Source: an uncultured Cellulosimicrobium sp. | GTDB lineage: Bacteria > Actinomycetota > Actinomycetes > Actinomycetales > Cellulomonadaceae | Reading direction: 5' to 3' | DNA length: 45,404 nt | Assembly: GCA_964521905.1 (NCBI GenBank) | Contig: CAZFUQ010000002.1 | Coordinates: forward strand, 1-45,404 | In this document: positions 1 to 11,084 of the stretch, piece by piece | Layout: the number at the start of each line of letters is the position of its first letter | Numbering within the stretch: position 1 is the stretch's first letter | Position numbers and translations under genes: made by a program | Notes under the pieces: generated by a model | Seen by the model: the letters and a program-made list of their open reading frames with translations, nothing else | The model's database searches: none | Told to the model about the DNA's origin: nothing

Positions 1-2
1 CC

Positions 3-1286
3 CTCGACGTTGAGCCAGTCGCCGTCGAGGGCGAGGCCGGGTTCGTCGTGCGCGGGTCCGACGCGCCGGTCACCGTGTCGCGCGCGAGCGACACGCGGCA
101 CGTGGTGCGGCTGACGGACGGCGCGACCGGTCCGCGGCTCGTCGAGATGGTCCCGGGTGACGCCGCGGCGACCGCCGCGCAGGCCGGGGCCCGCGTACCC
201 ACGGCCGACGCGGCCGGGGTGCTCGTGAGCACCGTCGACGGGTACGTCGTCGCGTTCAACCTCACGGGTGCGGACGTCACGACGACGCTCACCGTCCCGC
301 ACGACGGCGGCGCCGTCCCCGTGTACGCCGGCACGCAGACGGTGGGCGCGGACACGTCCACGCTCGGGCTGACCGTCCCCGCGGGCGACGCGGTCGTCCT
401 CGCCCCGCGCGCGACCGTCGCCGGTGCCGACGCCGGCACGCCCGTCGGCGTCACGGTGACCGTGGACGACGCGCGGGCCGTCACCGTCGCGGGCGACGGC
501 ACCGTCGAGGTGCGCAACGCCGAGACGGGCGACGTCCGATCGGCCGGGGCGACGCCGTCGGGCACGACCGTGCGCTTCCCCGGCGCGACGCCGTTCCCGG
601 TGGCCGACCACGCGCTGAGCACGCTCACGTTCCCCGCGTCGGTCCTGCCCGAGGGCATGACCTCGCCGTCGCTCGCCGTGGACGGCGACCCCGGCACCGC
701 GTGGGTCCCCGGGCCGGACGGCCGCATGGTCACCGACCTCGGCGCGGCGCGCGAGATCGGGTCCGTCGTGACTGCCTGGGACGGCGGACCCACCCCGGGT
801 GCCGTGGTCGCGGTGAGCGACGACGGGCTGACGTTCACGGACGTCGGGACGATCGAGGGCGGCGCCGCGCGCGGCACGCTCGACGTCGGGCGGACGGCGC
901 GGTACGTGGCGCTGACCACCTCGTGGCGCGAGGGCGACGCGGGGCTCACGGCGCTGCGGGTGCTCGCGCCGGGGGCGACCGACCCCGACGTCCCCGCGGG
1001 GGTCGCGGTCACGGCGACGGCGGAGGTCCGGTGCCTGGCCGGCAAGCCCTACGTCGCGGTGCGGGTCGTCAACGACGACACCGTGACCCTGGACGTCGAG
1101 GTCGCCACGCCGTGGGGCTCGAAGACGTTCGCGTCGGTGGCGCCGGGCAAGAACGCCTACCAGTCGTTCGCCGTCCGTGGCGAGCCGGCCGCCGGCGCCG
1201 TCACTGTCACGGCCCGGCCGTCCGACACCGCCGACGAGCGCGAGACCGTCGCGACGCCGGGGCACGACCGGCCGGTCTGCGACTGA
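3..1286 (+). CDS. 5'-partial probable secreted carbohydrate-active protein: F5/8 type C (discoidin/CBM32-like) domain plus a ~95-aa Cys-bracketed C-terminal module
   Basis: The frame is open from the window start. It contains AVDGDPGTAW...MVTDLG...AVSDDGLTF...ARYVAL (discoidin-like) and ends VRCLAGKPYVAVR...VAPGKNAYQSF...VCD. Any catalytic domain lies upstream of the window. Confidence 0.7.
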   Translation, partial: LDVEPVAVEGEAGFVVRGSDAPVTVSRASDTRHVVRLTDGATGPRLVEMVPGDAAATAAQAGARVPTADAAGVLVSTVDGYVVAFNLTGADVTTTLTVPHDGGAVPVYAGTQTVGADTSTLGLTVPAGDAVVLAPRATVAGADAGTPVGVTVTVDDARAVTVAGDGTVEVRNAETGDVRSAGATPSGTTVRFPGATPFPVADHALSTLTFPASVLPEGMTSPSLAVDGDPGTAWVPGPDGRMVTDLGAAREIGSVVTAWDGGPTPGAVVAVSDDGLTFTDVGTIEGGAARGTLDVGRTARYVALTTSWREGDAGLTALRVLAPGATDPDVPAGVAVTATAEVRCLAGKPYVAVRVVNDDTVTLDVEVATPWGSKTFASVAPGKNAYQSFAVRGEPAAGAVTVTARPSDTADERETVATPGHDRPVCD

Positions 1287-1402
1287 CCCTCCCGCCGAAC
1301 CGAGCCACCAGCCCGGCTGAGCTACCCGCCGAACCCCGGGTCGGGGCCAGGGCATGACGTCTGGCACTCCCGCGCGGCGGTCCGACCCGGCAGGGTGGTC
1401 GG

Positions 1403-1924
1403 ATGGACACGGATCAGGTCGACGCACCGGGCTCCGCCCCCCTGCGGCTGCGCCCGCCTCAGCACCGGGTCGACCCGCGCGCGGTGCGGTGGTGGGTGCT
1501 GCGCGGGCTGTGCTCGGGCGGGCTCGTGCTCGTCGTCCTCGCCGTCGTCGCGTGGCTGTGGGTCCCGGCGCGGCCGTGGCTCGTCGCGCCGATCGTGCTC
1601 GCGGCGCTGTGGACGGCCGTCCGCGTGCTCGTCGAGCCGCGCTGGCGGTACACGGTCCACCGGTGGGAGACGACGGACCAGGCCGTGTACGGGCTCACGG
1701 GGTGGCTCGTGCGCGAGTGGCGCGTCGCGCCGCTGTCCCGCGTCCAGACGGTCGACGCGGTGCGCGGGCCGCTCGAGCAGCTCCTCGGCCTGGCGACGCT
1801 GCGCGTGACGACCGCGTCGTCGAGCGGGGCGATCAGCGTCGTCGGGCTCGACAAGGACGTGGCCGCGGAGATCGCCGAGCGCCTCACGCTCGTCACCGAG
1901 CAGACGCCCGGGGACGCGACGTGA
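1403..1924 (+). CDS. Membrane-flanked bacterial PH (bPH_2) domain protein, YdbS-like
   Basis: Two N-terminal TM helices, then RWRYTVHRW...RVQTVDAVRGPLEQLLGLATLRVTTA, typical of bPH_2. Confidence 0.85.
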   Translation: MDTDQVDAPGSAPLRLRPPQHRVDPRAVRWWVLRGLCSGGLVLVVLAVVAWLWVPARPWLVAPIVLAALWTAVRVLVEPRWRYTVHRWETTDQAVYGLTGWLVREWRVAPLSRVQTVDAVRGPLEQLLGLATLRVTTASSSGAISVVGLDKDVAAEIAERLTLVTEQTPGDAT

Positions 1925-3546
1925 GCGTCGGCGAGGCGGCGGGCGCACACCAGCGCGGTGCCACCGACGAGATCGGTACCGCCGACGACGGCGCGATCCC
2001 CGACGACGCCGTCCGCGAGTCCGACGCGCCGGTCGCGGACGACACGCCCTGGCTCCGGCTGAGCCAACGGATGATCTGGGTCGACCTCGCGCAGACCGTG
2101 CTCGCCGTCGCGCCGACGGCGCTCGCCGTGTGGGTGTTCGGCGTCGACGCGAGCTGGGGGTCGCTGTGGCCGCTCGTCCTGGTCGGCGCGTTCGGCGTGC
2201 TGGGAGCGGTGCGCAACGTGCTGCGCTGGATCTTCACGCGGTACCGCATCACCGAGGACTACGTCGAGCGGCGCACGGGCGTCCTCGTGCGCCGCTACCG
2301 CTCGGTCCGCCGCGACCGCGTCCGCAGCGTCGACACGACGGCCCGGCTGCGGCACCGCGTCGCCGGACTGCGCGTCGTGCTCGTCGGCGCCGGTCAGCAG
2401 CTCGCCGCCGGGGAGTCCGCGCTCTCGCTCGACGCCGTCGTCCGCGCGGACGCGGAGGCGCTGCGCCGGGAGCTGCTCGCCACGCCGGACGCGACCGACG
2501 CCGCCGAGGGCGCCACCGACGGCCGGGTGCTCGCGCGCCTGCGCCCGTGGTGGGTCGTCTACAACGTCTTCAGCATCTGGGCCTTCGTCACCGCGGCCGG
2601 CCTGCTGTGGGGTGCGTACTGGCTCGGCGCGACGTTCGGCCTGGACCTCGCCGCGTGGGCCGACGGCCTGGTCGACCAGGCAGCGCTCGGCCTGCCCGCG
2701 ACCATCGCCCTCGGGCTGCTCGTCACCGGTGCGATCGGCGCCGTCGGCATGGCGGTCAGCTTCTTCACGACGCACTGGGGCTTCGAGCTCGCGCGGGTCC
2801 CCGGCGAGAAGAGCACCCAGCTGCGCACGCGCCAGGGCCTGTTCACGACGCGCGAGGTGAACCGCGACGACCGGCGCCTGCGCGGCGTCTACCTCGGTGA
2901 GCCTCTCCTGTGGCGCTGGATGGGCATGGCCGACACGCAGGTCATCACCACGGGGCTCTCGGTGTGGTCGACGTCGCAGCCGTCCACGATCCTGCCGCGC
3001 GGGCCGGTCTCCGTCGCCAGACCCGTCGCGGGCGCCGTGCTCGGCGCCGACCCCGACCCGCTCGCCGTCCCCCTCGCGCACCACCCGGCCGGAGCGCTGC
3101 GGCGCCGGCTGTGGTGGGCGACCGCGTCCTCGGGCGCGCTCGCGGCGGGGCTGTGGTGGCTCGCGGCGAACGGGGCGCTGCCGACCGCCGCGGTCGGGTG
3201 GGGCGGGGCCGTGTGGGTCCTCGCACTGGGCGGTGCGGTCGTCGCCTACCGCGCGCTCGGTCACGCGATCGTCGGGGACCACCTGGTCGTCCGCTCCGGG
3301 CTCATGAGCCGCGCGACCACCGTCCTGCGGCGCGACGCGGTCAGCACGATCGCGCTGCGCGAGTCGGTCCTGCAGCGGCGTCTCGGTCTCCGGACCGTCT
3401 CGGCGATGACGGCCGCCGGCTGGGGTGTCTACGAGGCGCCGGACGTGGCGGCCGACGAGGCGCTCGTGCTCGCCGTCCGCGCGGCGCCGGGACTGCTCGA
3501 CCCGTTCCTCGTCCGGGACGACGCGGTGCCCCGGCCCGCCCCCTGA
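1921..3546 (+). CDS. Multi-PH-domain membrane protein, YdbT-like
   Basis: The GTG start overlaps the upstream stop (GTGA). Three bPH_2-like segments (RYRITEDYVERRTG, RTRQGLFT, VVRSGLMSR...LQRRLGL) alternate with TM pairs. Confidence 0.85.
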   Translation: MSVGEAAGAHQRGATDEIGTADDGAIPDDAVRESDAPVADDTPWLRLSQRMIWVDLAQTVLAVAPTALAVWVFGVDASWGSLWPLVLVGAFGVLGAVRNVLRWIFTRYRITEDYVERRTGVLVRRYRSVRRDRVRSVDTTARLRHRVAGLRVVLVGAGQQLAAGESALSLDAVVRADAEALRRELLATPDATDAAEGATDGRVLARLRPWWVVYNVFSIWAFVTAAGLLWGAYWLGATFGLDLAAWADGLVDQAALGLPATIALGLLVTGAIGAVGMAVSFFTTHWGFELARVPGEKSTQLRTRQGLFTTREVNRDDRRLRGVYLGEPLLWRWMGMADTQVITTGLSVWSTSQPSTILPRGPVSVARPVAGAVLGADPDPLAVPLAHHPAGALRRRLWWATASSGALAAGLWWLAANGALPTAAVGWGGAVWVLALGGAVVAYRALGHAIVGDHLVVRSGLMSRATTVLRRDAVSTIALRESVLQRRLGLRTVSAMTAAGWGVYEAPDVAADEALVLAVRAAPGLLDPFLVRDDAVPRPAP

Positions 3547-3562
3547 GGCCCGGCGCGCCACC

Positions 3563-3618
3563 CTCATAGGTGGCGCACAGCCGGGCGCTACGTTCGCCCC
3601 ATCCGCGCTCCCTAGCCT
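3563..3618 (+). promoter_or_regulatory. Candidate promoter of the ABC export operon, with an 11-bp-period direct repeat
   Basis: CTCATAG (3563) and CGCACAG (3574), followed by TAGCCT (TANNNT) at 3613-3618. Confidence 0.35.
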
Positions 3619-3667
3619 CGCGTTCGACCGCCGCCGACCCGGGTGGCACCGAGCCAGGGAGACGAGG

Positions 3668-5116
3668 GTGCTGCAGCAGAGCACACGGTCGTCCGCGACC
3701 GCACCGACCGGGACGGCCCCCGGCGACCCGCCCGACCCCGAGGCCCAGCCCGGCGACGGGCCCGGACCCACCGGCGACGGCGGCTCCCGCCGCGACCGGC
3801 TGGCCCGCCGCCTGCGCGGTCGCCGGCCACGACGCCGGGCGATCGTCGCCGGGGTCGTGGTGGTGGTCCTCGTCGCCGCCCTGGTCGTCTACCTCACCGT
3901 GCTCCGGCCCCGTGCGTCGTCCGCCCAGGAGGCGGGCGCGACGCAGCCGACGACCGTCGAGGTGGGCACGGCGACGTTCGAGCAGACGGTGACGACCACC
4001 GGGACGCTCACTCCCGGCGTCCAGGAGGACGTCTCGTTCGAGGCGTCGGGCACGGTGCAGACCGTCGACGTCGCGGCGGGCGACACCGTCGAGGCGGGGC
4101 AGACGCTCGCGACGATCGACACGCTCCAGCTCGACGCGGCGCTCGCGTCGGCGAACGCCGACCTCGCGCAGGCGCAGGCCGACCTCGCGGACGCCGAGGA
4201 GTCCGACGACGGGTCGGACGCCGCGACCGCGACCGTCGAGGCACGCGAGGCGGCCGTCGCCGTCGCGCAGCAGTCCTACGACGACGCGGCGGACGCGATG
4301 GCCGACGCCACGCTCACCGCGCCCGCGGCCGGGCTCGTGACGTCCGTCGGAGTCGCCGTGGGCGACACGGTGGGCTCGTCGTCGGGCTCGTCGTCGGGGT
4401 CGGGCTCGTCCGCGAGCACCGGCGGCGGCACCGCACCGGGCGCGACGTCCGGCAGCTCGTCGACCACCACGACGTCGAGCACGGTCGCGTTCACCATCGT
4501 CGGGACCGACTCGTGGACGGTCGACGTGAGCGTCGGCGAGTCAGACGTCGCGACGATCGAGACCGGCGACCAGGCGGAGCTCACCTCGGACGACCTCGGA
4601 GAGACGGTGTTCGGCACGGTGAGCGCGATCGGCCGCCTGCCCTCCACGACGCAGGGCGCCGTCGCCTACCCGGTGACGATCACCGTCACCGGGAACCCCG
4701 AGGGCCTGTACGACGGCGTGAGCGTGGACGTCTCCATCGTCACGGAGCGCCGCACCGACGTGCTCGCCGTCCCGGCAGCGGCGGTCTCGACGAACGACGA
4801 CGGCGCGTCCGTCGTCACCCTCGTGGCCGACGACGGCACCACGTCCGAGCAGGTCGTCGAGACCGGCGAGACGTCGGGCCAGACGGTCGAGATCGTGTCC
4901 GGGCTCAGCGAGGGCGACACGGTGCAGTACACCGCGTTCACGCCGGGCGCCGGGCGTGAGCAGGGCAGCACGGGCGAGGAGGGCCTCCCCGAGGGCTTCG
5001 ACCCGTCGCAGCTCCCGATGGGCGGGCAGGGCTTCCCCGAGGGCTTCGACCCGTCCCAGACGGGCGGCGGGCAGGGTGGGGGCGGCGCTCGCGCCGGCCA
5101 GGGCGGGAACTCGTGA
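3668..5116 (+). CDS. Efflux adaptor (HlyD/MacA/YknX-like membrane fusion protein)
   Basis: One TM anchor, lipoyl half-motifs (SGTVQTVDVAAGDTVEAGQTLA; LTAPAAGLVTSVGVAVGD), a coiled coil and C-terminal VEIVSGLSEGD. The start at GTG 3668 is approximate. Confidence 0.85.
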   Translation: MLQQSTRSSATAPTGTAPGDPPDPEAQPGDGPGPTGDGGSRRDRLARRLRGRRPRRRAIVAGVVVVVLVAALVVYLTVLRPRASSAQEAGATQPTTVEVGTATFEQTVTTTGTLTPGVQEDVSFEASGTVQTVDVAAGDTVEAGQTLATIDTLQLDAALASANADLAQAQADLADAEESDDGSDAATATVEAREAAVAVAQQSYDDAADAMADATLTAPAAGLVTSVGVAVGDTVGSSSGSSSGSGSSASTGGGTAPGATSGSSSTTTTSSTVAFTIVGTDSWTVDVSVGESDVATIETGDQAELTSDDLGETVFGTVSAIGRLPSTTQGAVAYPVTITVTGNPEGLYDGVSVDVSIVTERRTDVLAVPAAAVSTNDDGASVVTLVADDGTTSEQVVETGETSGQTVEIVSGLSEGDTVQYTAFTPGAGREQGSTGEEGLPEGFDPSQLPMGGQGFPEGFDPSQTGGGQGGGGARAGQGGNS

Positions 5117-5864
5117 GCGCGGCGACCACCGCCGTCGGGCCCACGGCGACCCTCGCGCCCGACGCCGCCCGCGAGGCCGGTCCGGTCATCGACCTGCAGG
5201 GCGCGCGCAAGACGTACCGCACGGGAGACCTCGAGTTCGAGGCGCTGCGCGGCATCGACCTGCGGATCGAGCGCGGCGAGTACGTCGCGATCGTCGGGCC
5301 GTCGGGCTCGGGCAAGTCGACGCTCATGAACGTGCTGGGCTGCCTCGACACGCTCACGTCGGGGACCTACCGGCTCGCGGGCGACGACGTCGCCGACATG
5401 GACGAGACCGACCTCGCGAGCGTGCGGGGCGAGCAGGTCGGGTTCGTGTTCCAGCAGTTCAACCTGCTGCCGTCGCTCTCCGCGCTGCGCAACGTCGAGC
5501 TCCCGCTCGTGTACCAGGGCGTCGCGCCGGCCGAGCGTCGCGAGCGGGCCGCGGAGGCGCTCGCGCGCGTCGGGCTCGCCGACCGCACCGCGAACCGCCC
5601 CGGCCAGCTCTCGGGCGGCCAGCAGCAGCGCGTCGCGGTCGCGCGCGCCCTCGTCGGGGAGCCGGCGCTCGTCCTCGCGGACGAGCCCACGGGCAACCTC
5701 GACTCACGCTCGACGGCCGACGTGCTCGACCTGCTCGACGCGCTGCACGCCCAGGGCCGCACGATCGTCCTCATCACGCACGAGCACGAGGTCGCGGAGC
5801 GGTCCCGACGCGTGGTGCGGGTGCTGGACGGCCTCGTCACGTCGGACGAGCGGGTGGTGGCGCC

Positions 5865-5868
<4 letters not shown>
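5113..5868 (+). CDS. ABC transporter ATP-binding protein (MacB/LolD type)
   Basis: Walker [19 protein letters not shown], signature [19 protein letters not shown] and H-loop ITHE. Confidence 0.95.
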
Positions 5869-7082
<1,214 letters not shown>

Positions 7083-7138
7083 CCGCCCGCCACGTCCGTG
7101 CCGACCGCAGACCCGCACCCCCTTCCCCGGAGGCTCCC

Positions 7139-8131
7139 ATGACCCCGCACCCGGCCCGTCCCCTCACCCGTCGCACCACCGCTCCCCCGGCACCCCGTCG
7201 CCGGTCGCGCGCCGTGCTCGTCGCGGCCGGTGCCGTCGGCCTCGCGCTCGCCCTCACCGCCTGCTCGTCGTCCGACGACGCCGCGACCGCCGACGCCTCG
7301 GCCTCGTCCGAGGACGGCGGCGCCCCCGACGACACCCCCGCTGGCGGTGGTCGCACGCCGGGCGTCTCCGGCGAGGTCGCGGCCGTCGACGGCACGACGG
7401 CGCAGGTCCAGGACGACGAGTCGCAGACCGCGGTCTCGTGGTCCGACGACACGACGATCACGGTCACCGTCGACGGCACCCTCGCCGACGTGACCGTCGG
7501 GTCGTGCGTCGTCACCATGACGGGCGGCGTGCCCGGCACCGGCGACGCGACGGACGACGACGCGGCCGACGGCTCGTCCGCCGTGGCGGCCCGGGTCGTC
7601 GTGAGCGAGCCCGTGGACGGCGGGTGCACGGGCTTCGGCGGCGGGTTCGGCGGCGGCGGTACCCCCGGCGGCGACGACGGCGAGCGCCCGGAGGGCGCCC
7701 CGACCGACGTGCCGTCGGGCCTGCCGACCGACGTGCCCGACGACGCCCCGACGGACCTGCCCTCGGGCGCGCCCGAGGGCGGCGGTCTCGGGGGCGTCAT
7801 CACCGGGACCGTCACGGCGGTCGACGGGACGACGCTCACGGTGACCACGGTCTCGGCCGACGAGGAGAGCACCGAGGAGACCGTCACGGTCGACGACGCG
7901 ACCACCTACACGGTGCAGCGCGCCGGCACGGGCGAGGACGTCGCCGTCGGGCAGTGCGTCACCGCGCAGGGCGAGACCGACGACGGCGGCGCGCTCGTCG
8001 CGACCGGCCTGAGCCTGTCCACCCCGGGCGACGAGGGCTGCACGAGCCGCCTCGGCGGGTTCGGCGGCGGCCAGGGCGGCCCCGGTCGCGGCAGCCAGGA
8101 CGACGCGCAGGGCGGTGGCGACGATGCGTGA
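7139..8131 (+). CDS. DUF5666-like lipoprotein
   Basis: GGAGG precedes ATG 7139. Arg-rich signal with lipobox LTAC. Two repeated beta modules ([10 protein letters not shown]...[17 protein letters not shown]...VAVGQCV), each with two Cys. Confidence 0.7.
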   Translation: MTPHPARPLTRRTTAPPAPRRRSRAVLVAAGAVGLALALTACSSSDDAATADASASSEDGGAPDDTPAGGGRTPGVSGEVAAVDGTTAQVQDDESQTAVSWSDDTTITVTVDGTLADVTVGSCVVTMTGGVPGTGDATDDDAADGSSAVAARVVVSEPVDGGCTGFGGGFGGGGTPGGDDGERPEGAPTDVPSGLPTDVPDDAPTDLPSGAPEGGGLGGVITGTVTAVDGTTLTVTTVSADEESTEETVTVDDATTYTVQRAGTGEDVAVGQCVTAQGETDDGGALVATGLSLSTPGDEGCTSRLGGFGGGQGGPGRGSQDDAQGGGDDA

Positions 8132-10154
8132 CTCGACCCTGCGCCGGCGGCGCACGACGCGTCGGCGTCTCGTCGCCGCGGGCGTCGTCGTGGCGGTCCT
8201 CGGGGCCGGCGGCACGGCGTTCGCGCTGCGCCCCGGCGACGACCGGTACCGCACCGCGGAGGTCACGACCGGCGACGTCGACCAGAGCGTCACCGTGAGC
8301 GCGACCGTCGCCTCCGCGAGCCGGGCGGACACCACCTTCGGCGCGTCCGGGACCGTCACGAGCGTCGAGGTCGCGGCCGGCGACCGGGTCGAGGCGGGCG
8401 ACGTGCTCGCGATCCTCGACCCCGACGAGCTGCAGGACGCCGTCGACGACGCGGCCGAGACGCTCGCCGACGCGCAGCAGGCCCTCGCCGACGACCTGGA
8501 GGCCCAGGCGTCCGGCACGAGCGGCACGTCCGTGACCTCGGTCTCCGGGTCCGGCGGCGTGGGTGCGAGCACGTCCGCAGGCTCCGGGACCCTGCTCGTG
8601 TCGTCCACGCACGGCGGCGTCGTGACCGTCTCCACGGACGGCCACGCGACCGACCTCGAGCGCGCGGTCACGGCCGCGCGCGACGCGCTCGCCGCGGCGC
8701 AGGACGACGTGCAGGCGGCCCAGGACGCGCTCCTCGCCGGGTACGAGCCCGTCGAGGACGCGCTGGTCTCGGGCACGACGGCGCTCGCCGCCTCGGGCGA
8801 CGCCGTCGCCGCCGCGACGGGCACGGGTGCCGAGGGCGCGTGCGCGGCGGTCCTCGTGGCGACGGACGACGCGGACGCCGGCGCTGACGAGGACGTCGCG
8901 GCCACCGGGCCGACGGTCGACGAGCTCGCCGCCTGCGTCGCGGCCGTCGTCGCGGCGCAGGAGGCGCTCGTCGCCACGGACGCCGCGCAGCAGACCACGG
9001 GGGCCGCGCAGTCGGCCCTCGCCGACCTCGTCGCGAACCTCGACGACGCCGTCACGACGCTCGGGCAGCGGGCCGACGCTCTCGACGACGCCGTGCAGGC
9101 GCTCCTCGACGCGGACGGGACCGGTGACGGCGGCTCGGCCGGCGGGTCCGGAGGCTCGGCCGGGACCGGTGACGGTACGGGCGGGACGACCGGGCCCGCA
9201 CCCGGCGCCGGGACGGACGGCGGCGCGGCGTCGGGGTCCGGTGGGACGGGTGGCACGACCGGGAGCGGTGCACCCTCCGGCGGCTCGTCGAGCGGCTCGG
9301 CCGGCGGGTCCGGCGGGTCCGGCGGTTCGAGCACCTCCGGGGGCGACGCCTCCGCGAGCGGGCGCGAGACGTCGTCGGGCACGATCACGGCCGAGCGCAT
9401 TCTCGCCGACCGTGCCGCGGTGACCCTGGCCGAGCGCCAGGTGACGATCGCGGAGGCCGCGGCCGCCGCGGGGACGCTCACCGCCCCGGTCGCGGGGACC
9501 GTCGCACAGGTCGACGTGGCGGCCGGGACCTCGGTCGGCACGAGCGACACCGCCGTGACGATCCTCGGCGACGGGGGCTACGTCCTGTCCACGACGCTCG
9601 ACCTCGCGGACGTGAAGACCGTGGAGGTCGGCCAGACGGTCACCGCGACCGTGCCGGCGACGGGCGTGGAGTACTCCGGGACCGTGAGCAGCGTGGGCCT
9701 GCTCAGCGACTCGCAGACGTCGACGCCGTCGTACGCGGCGACGGTCGCGCTCGACGCCACCGACGGCGAGCTGCCCGAGGGCGCCTCCGCGTCGGCCACG
9801 ATCGACGTCGCCGCGGTGGGCGACGTGCTCGTCGTCCCGACGTCCGCGGTCACCACCGACGGGTCGTCGCGCACCGTCCAGGTGGTCGACGGGGACGACG
9901 TGCGCACGGTCGAGGTGACGACGGGCGCCGTCGGGCCGGAGCTCACCGAGATCACCGACGGCCTCCGGGTGGGCGACGAGGTCGTGCTCGCCGACCTCAC
10001 CCAGCAGCTCGTGCAGGACGACGAGGAGTCGTCCGGCCTGACCGGGCTCGGCTCGGACGGGTCCGACGTCCCCACCGGGGGCTTCTCCGGCGGGGACTTC
10101 CCGCAGGGCGGGCCCGGCGGTGGTGGCGGGTTCGGCGGGCCGCCGTCGGGCTGA
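8124..10154 (+). CDS. Second efflux adaptor (HlyD-like) with long coiled-coil and Gly/Ser linkers
   Basis: Lipoyl half-motifs GTVTSVEVAAGDRVEAGDVLA and LTAPVAGTVAQV, plus C-terminal TEITDGLRVGDEVV. Confidence 0.8.
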   Translation: MRDSTLRRRRTTRRRLVAAGVVVAVLGAGGTAFALRPGDDRYRTAEVTTGDVDQSVTVSATVASASRADTTFGASGTVTSVEVAAGDRVEAGDVLAILDPDELQDAVDDAAETLADAQQALADDLEAQASGTSGTSVTSVSGSGGVGASTSAGSGTLLVSSTHGGVVTVSTDGHATDLERAVTAARDALAAAQDDVQAAQDALLAGYEPVEDALVSGTTALAASGDAVAAATGTGAEGACAAVLVATDDADAGADEDVAATGPTVDELAACVAAVVAAQEALVATDAAQQTTGAAQSALADLVANLDDAVTTLGQRADALDDAVQALLDADGTGDGGSAGGSGGSAGTGDGTGGTTGPAPGAGTDGGAASGSGGTGGTTGSGAPSGGSSSGSAGGSGGSGGSSTSGGDASASGRETSSGTITAERILADRAAVTLAERQVTIAEAAAAAGTLTAPVAGTVAQVDVAAGTSVGTSDTAVTILGDGGYVLSTTLDLADVKTVEVGQTVTATVPATGVEYSGTVSSVGLLSDSQTSTPSYAATVALDATDGELPEGASASATIDVAAVGDVLVVPTSAVTTDGSSRTVQVVDGDDVRTVEVTTGAVGPELTEITDGLRVGDEVVLADLTQQLVQDDEESSGLTGLGSDGSDVPTGGFSGGDFPQGGPGGGGGFGGPPSG

Positions 10155-10176
10155 GCAGGCCGACCCGGGCGACGGG

Positions 10177-10197
10177 CGGGCGGCGGTGCGCCGCCCG
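10177..10197 (+). terminator. GC-rich hairpin after the export operon
   Basis: CGGGCGGCG-GTG-CGCCGCCCG, a 9-bp perfect stem that extends imperfectly. There is no U-tract. Confidence 0.4.
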
Positions 10198-10360
10198 GCC
10201 CGCCGCCGCCCAGGTCGGGACCTTCGGCCGGTCCGGCGCGCCACCGCGCGAGGATACGGTCGACGTCCGGCGGTGCTCGGGGGACGCGCGTCGGCCCGAG
10301 GTCCGCTCCGAGGAAGGACGCCCACCATGCCCGTCGTCCGCCCGTCGTCCGGGCGCTGCG

Positions 10361-11074
10361 ATGCCCCGGCCTGACCTCGCCCTCGCCGGGATGGCCCACC
10401 TGTCGGTCGAGGACTGGCCCGGACGGCGCGTCGCGACCGTCTACACCCAGGGCTGTCCCTGGCGCTGCACCTACTGCCGCCACCCCGGGCTCGTCCGGGC
10501 CGTGCCGTACGGCACGGAGCCCGTCGGCCAGGACGTGCGCTGGTCAGACGTCACCGCGTTCCTCGCACCCCGGCTCCACCTGCTCGACGGCGTCGTCTTC
10601 TCCGGCGGAGAGCCGACCCTGCACCCCGGGCTGCTCGGCGCGATCGACGACGTGCGCGGCCTGGGCTACGCCGTCGGTCTCCACACCTGCGGCGCGTGGC
10701 CGGCGCGGCTCGCGCGGCTGCTCCCGTTCGTCGACTGGGTGGGGCTCGACATCAAGCACCTGCCGTCCCGGTACCCCGTCGTGACCGGCACGATCCCGTC
10801 GGGGCGTCGCGCGTTCGAGTCGCTCGCCGTGCTCCGGCGCTCGGGGGTCGACCACGAGGTGCGCACGACCGTCGACCCCACGGTCCACTCCCGCACCGAG
10901 CTCCTCGCGCTCGGCACGCACCTGCGCCGGCTGGGCGTGCGCGAGTGGGTGCTCCAGGAGGCCCGGCCCGACGGCGCGTCCGCCGCGTGGGTGCGCGCGC
11001 TCGCGGGCCGCCGTCTGACGGACGTGCTCGACGACGCCGACCTGGCCTGGGCGCGGCGACGCGTCGCCGCGTGA
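10361..11074 (+). CDS. Anaerobic ribonucleoside-triphosphate reductase activating protein-like radical SAM enzyme (NrdG-like)
   Basis: LSVEDWPG...VYTQGCPWRCTYC (CxxxCxxC), LDGVVFSGGEPTL, VGLHT, DWVGLDIK and EVRTT. The start is uncertain (see findings). Confidence 0.8.
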   Translation: MPRPDLALAGMAHLSVEDWPGRRVATVYTQGCPWRCTYCRHPGLVRAVPYGTEPVGQDVRWSDVTAFLAPRLHLLDGVVFSGGEPTLHPGLLGAIDDVRGLGYAVGLHTCGAWPARLARLLPFVDWVGLDIKHLPSRYPVVTGTIPSGRRAFESLAVLRRSGVDHEVRTTVDPTVHSRTELLALGTHLRRLGVREWVLQEARPDGASAAWVRALAGRRLTDVLDDADLAWARRRVAA

Positions 11075-11084
11075 CGGCGCGGCC

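Noticed and set aside
10155..10326. Riboswitch or NrdR box upstream of the NrdG-like gene
   Set aside because: No recognisable cobalamin-riboswitch motifs or AT-rich NrdR palindrome were seen. An Rfam/Infernal scan would be needed to exclude them fully.
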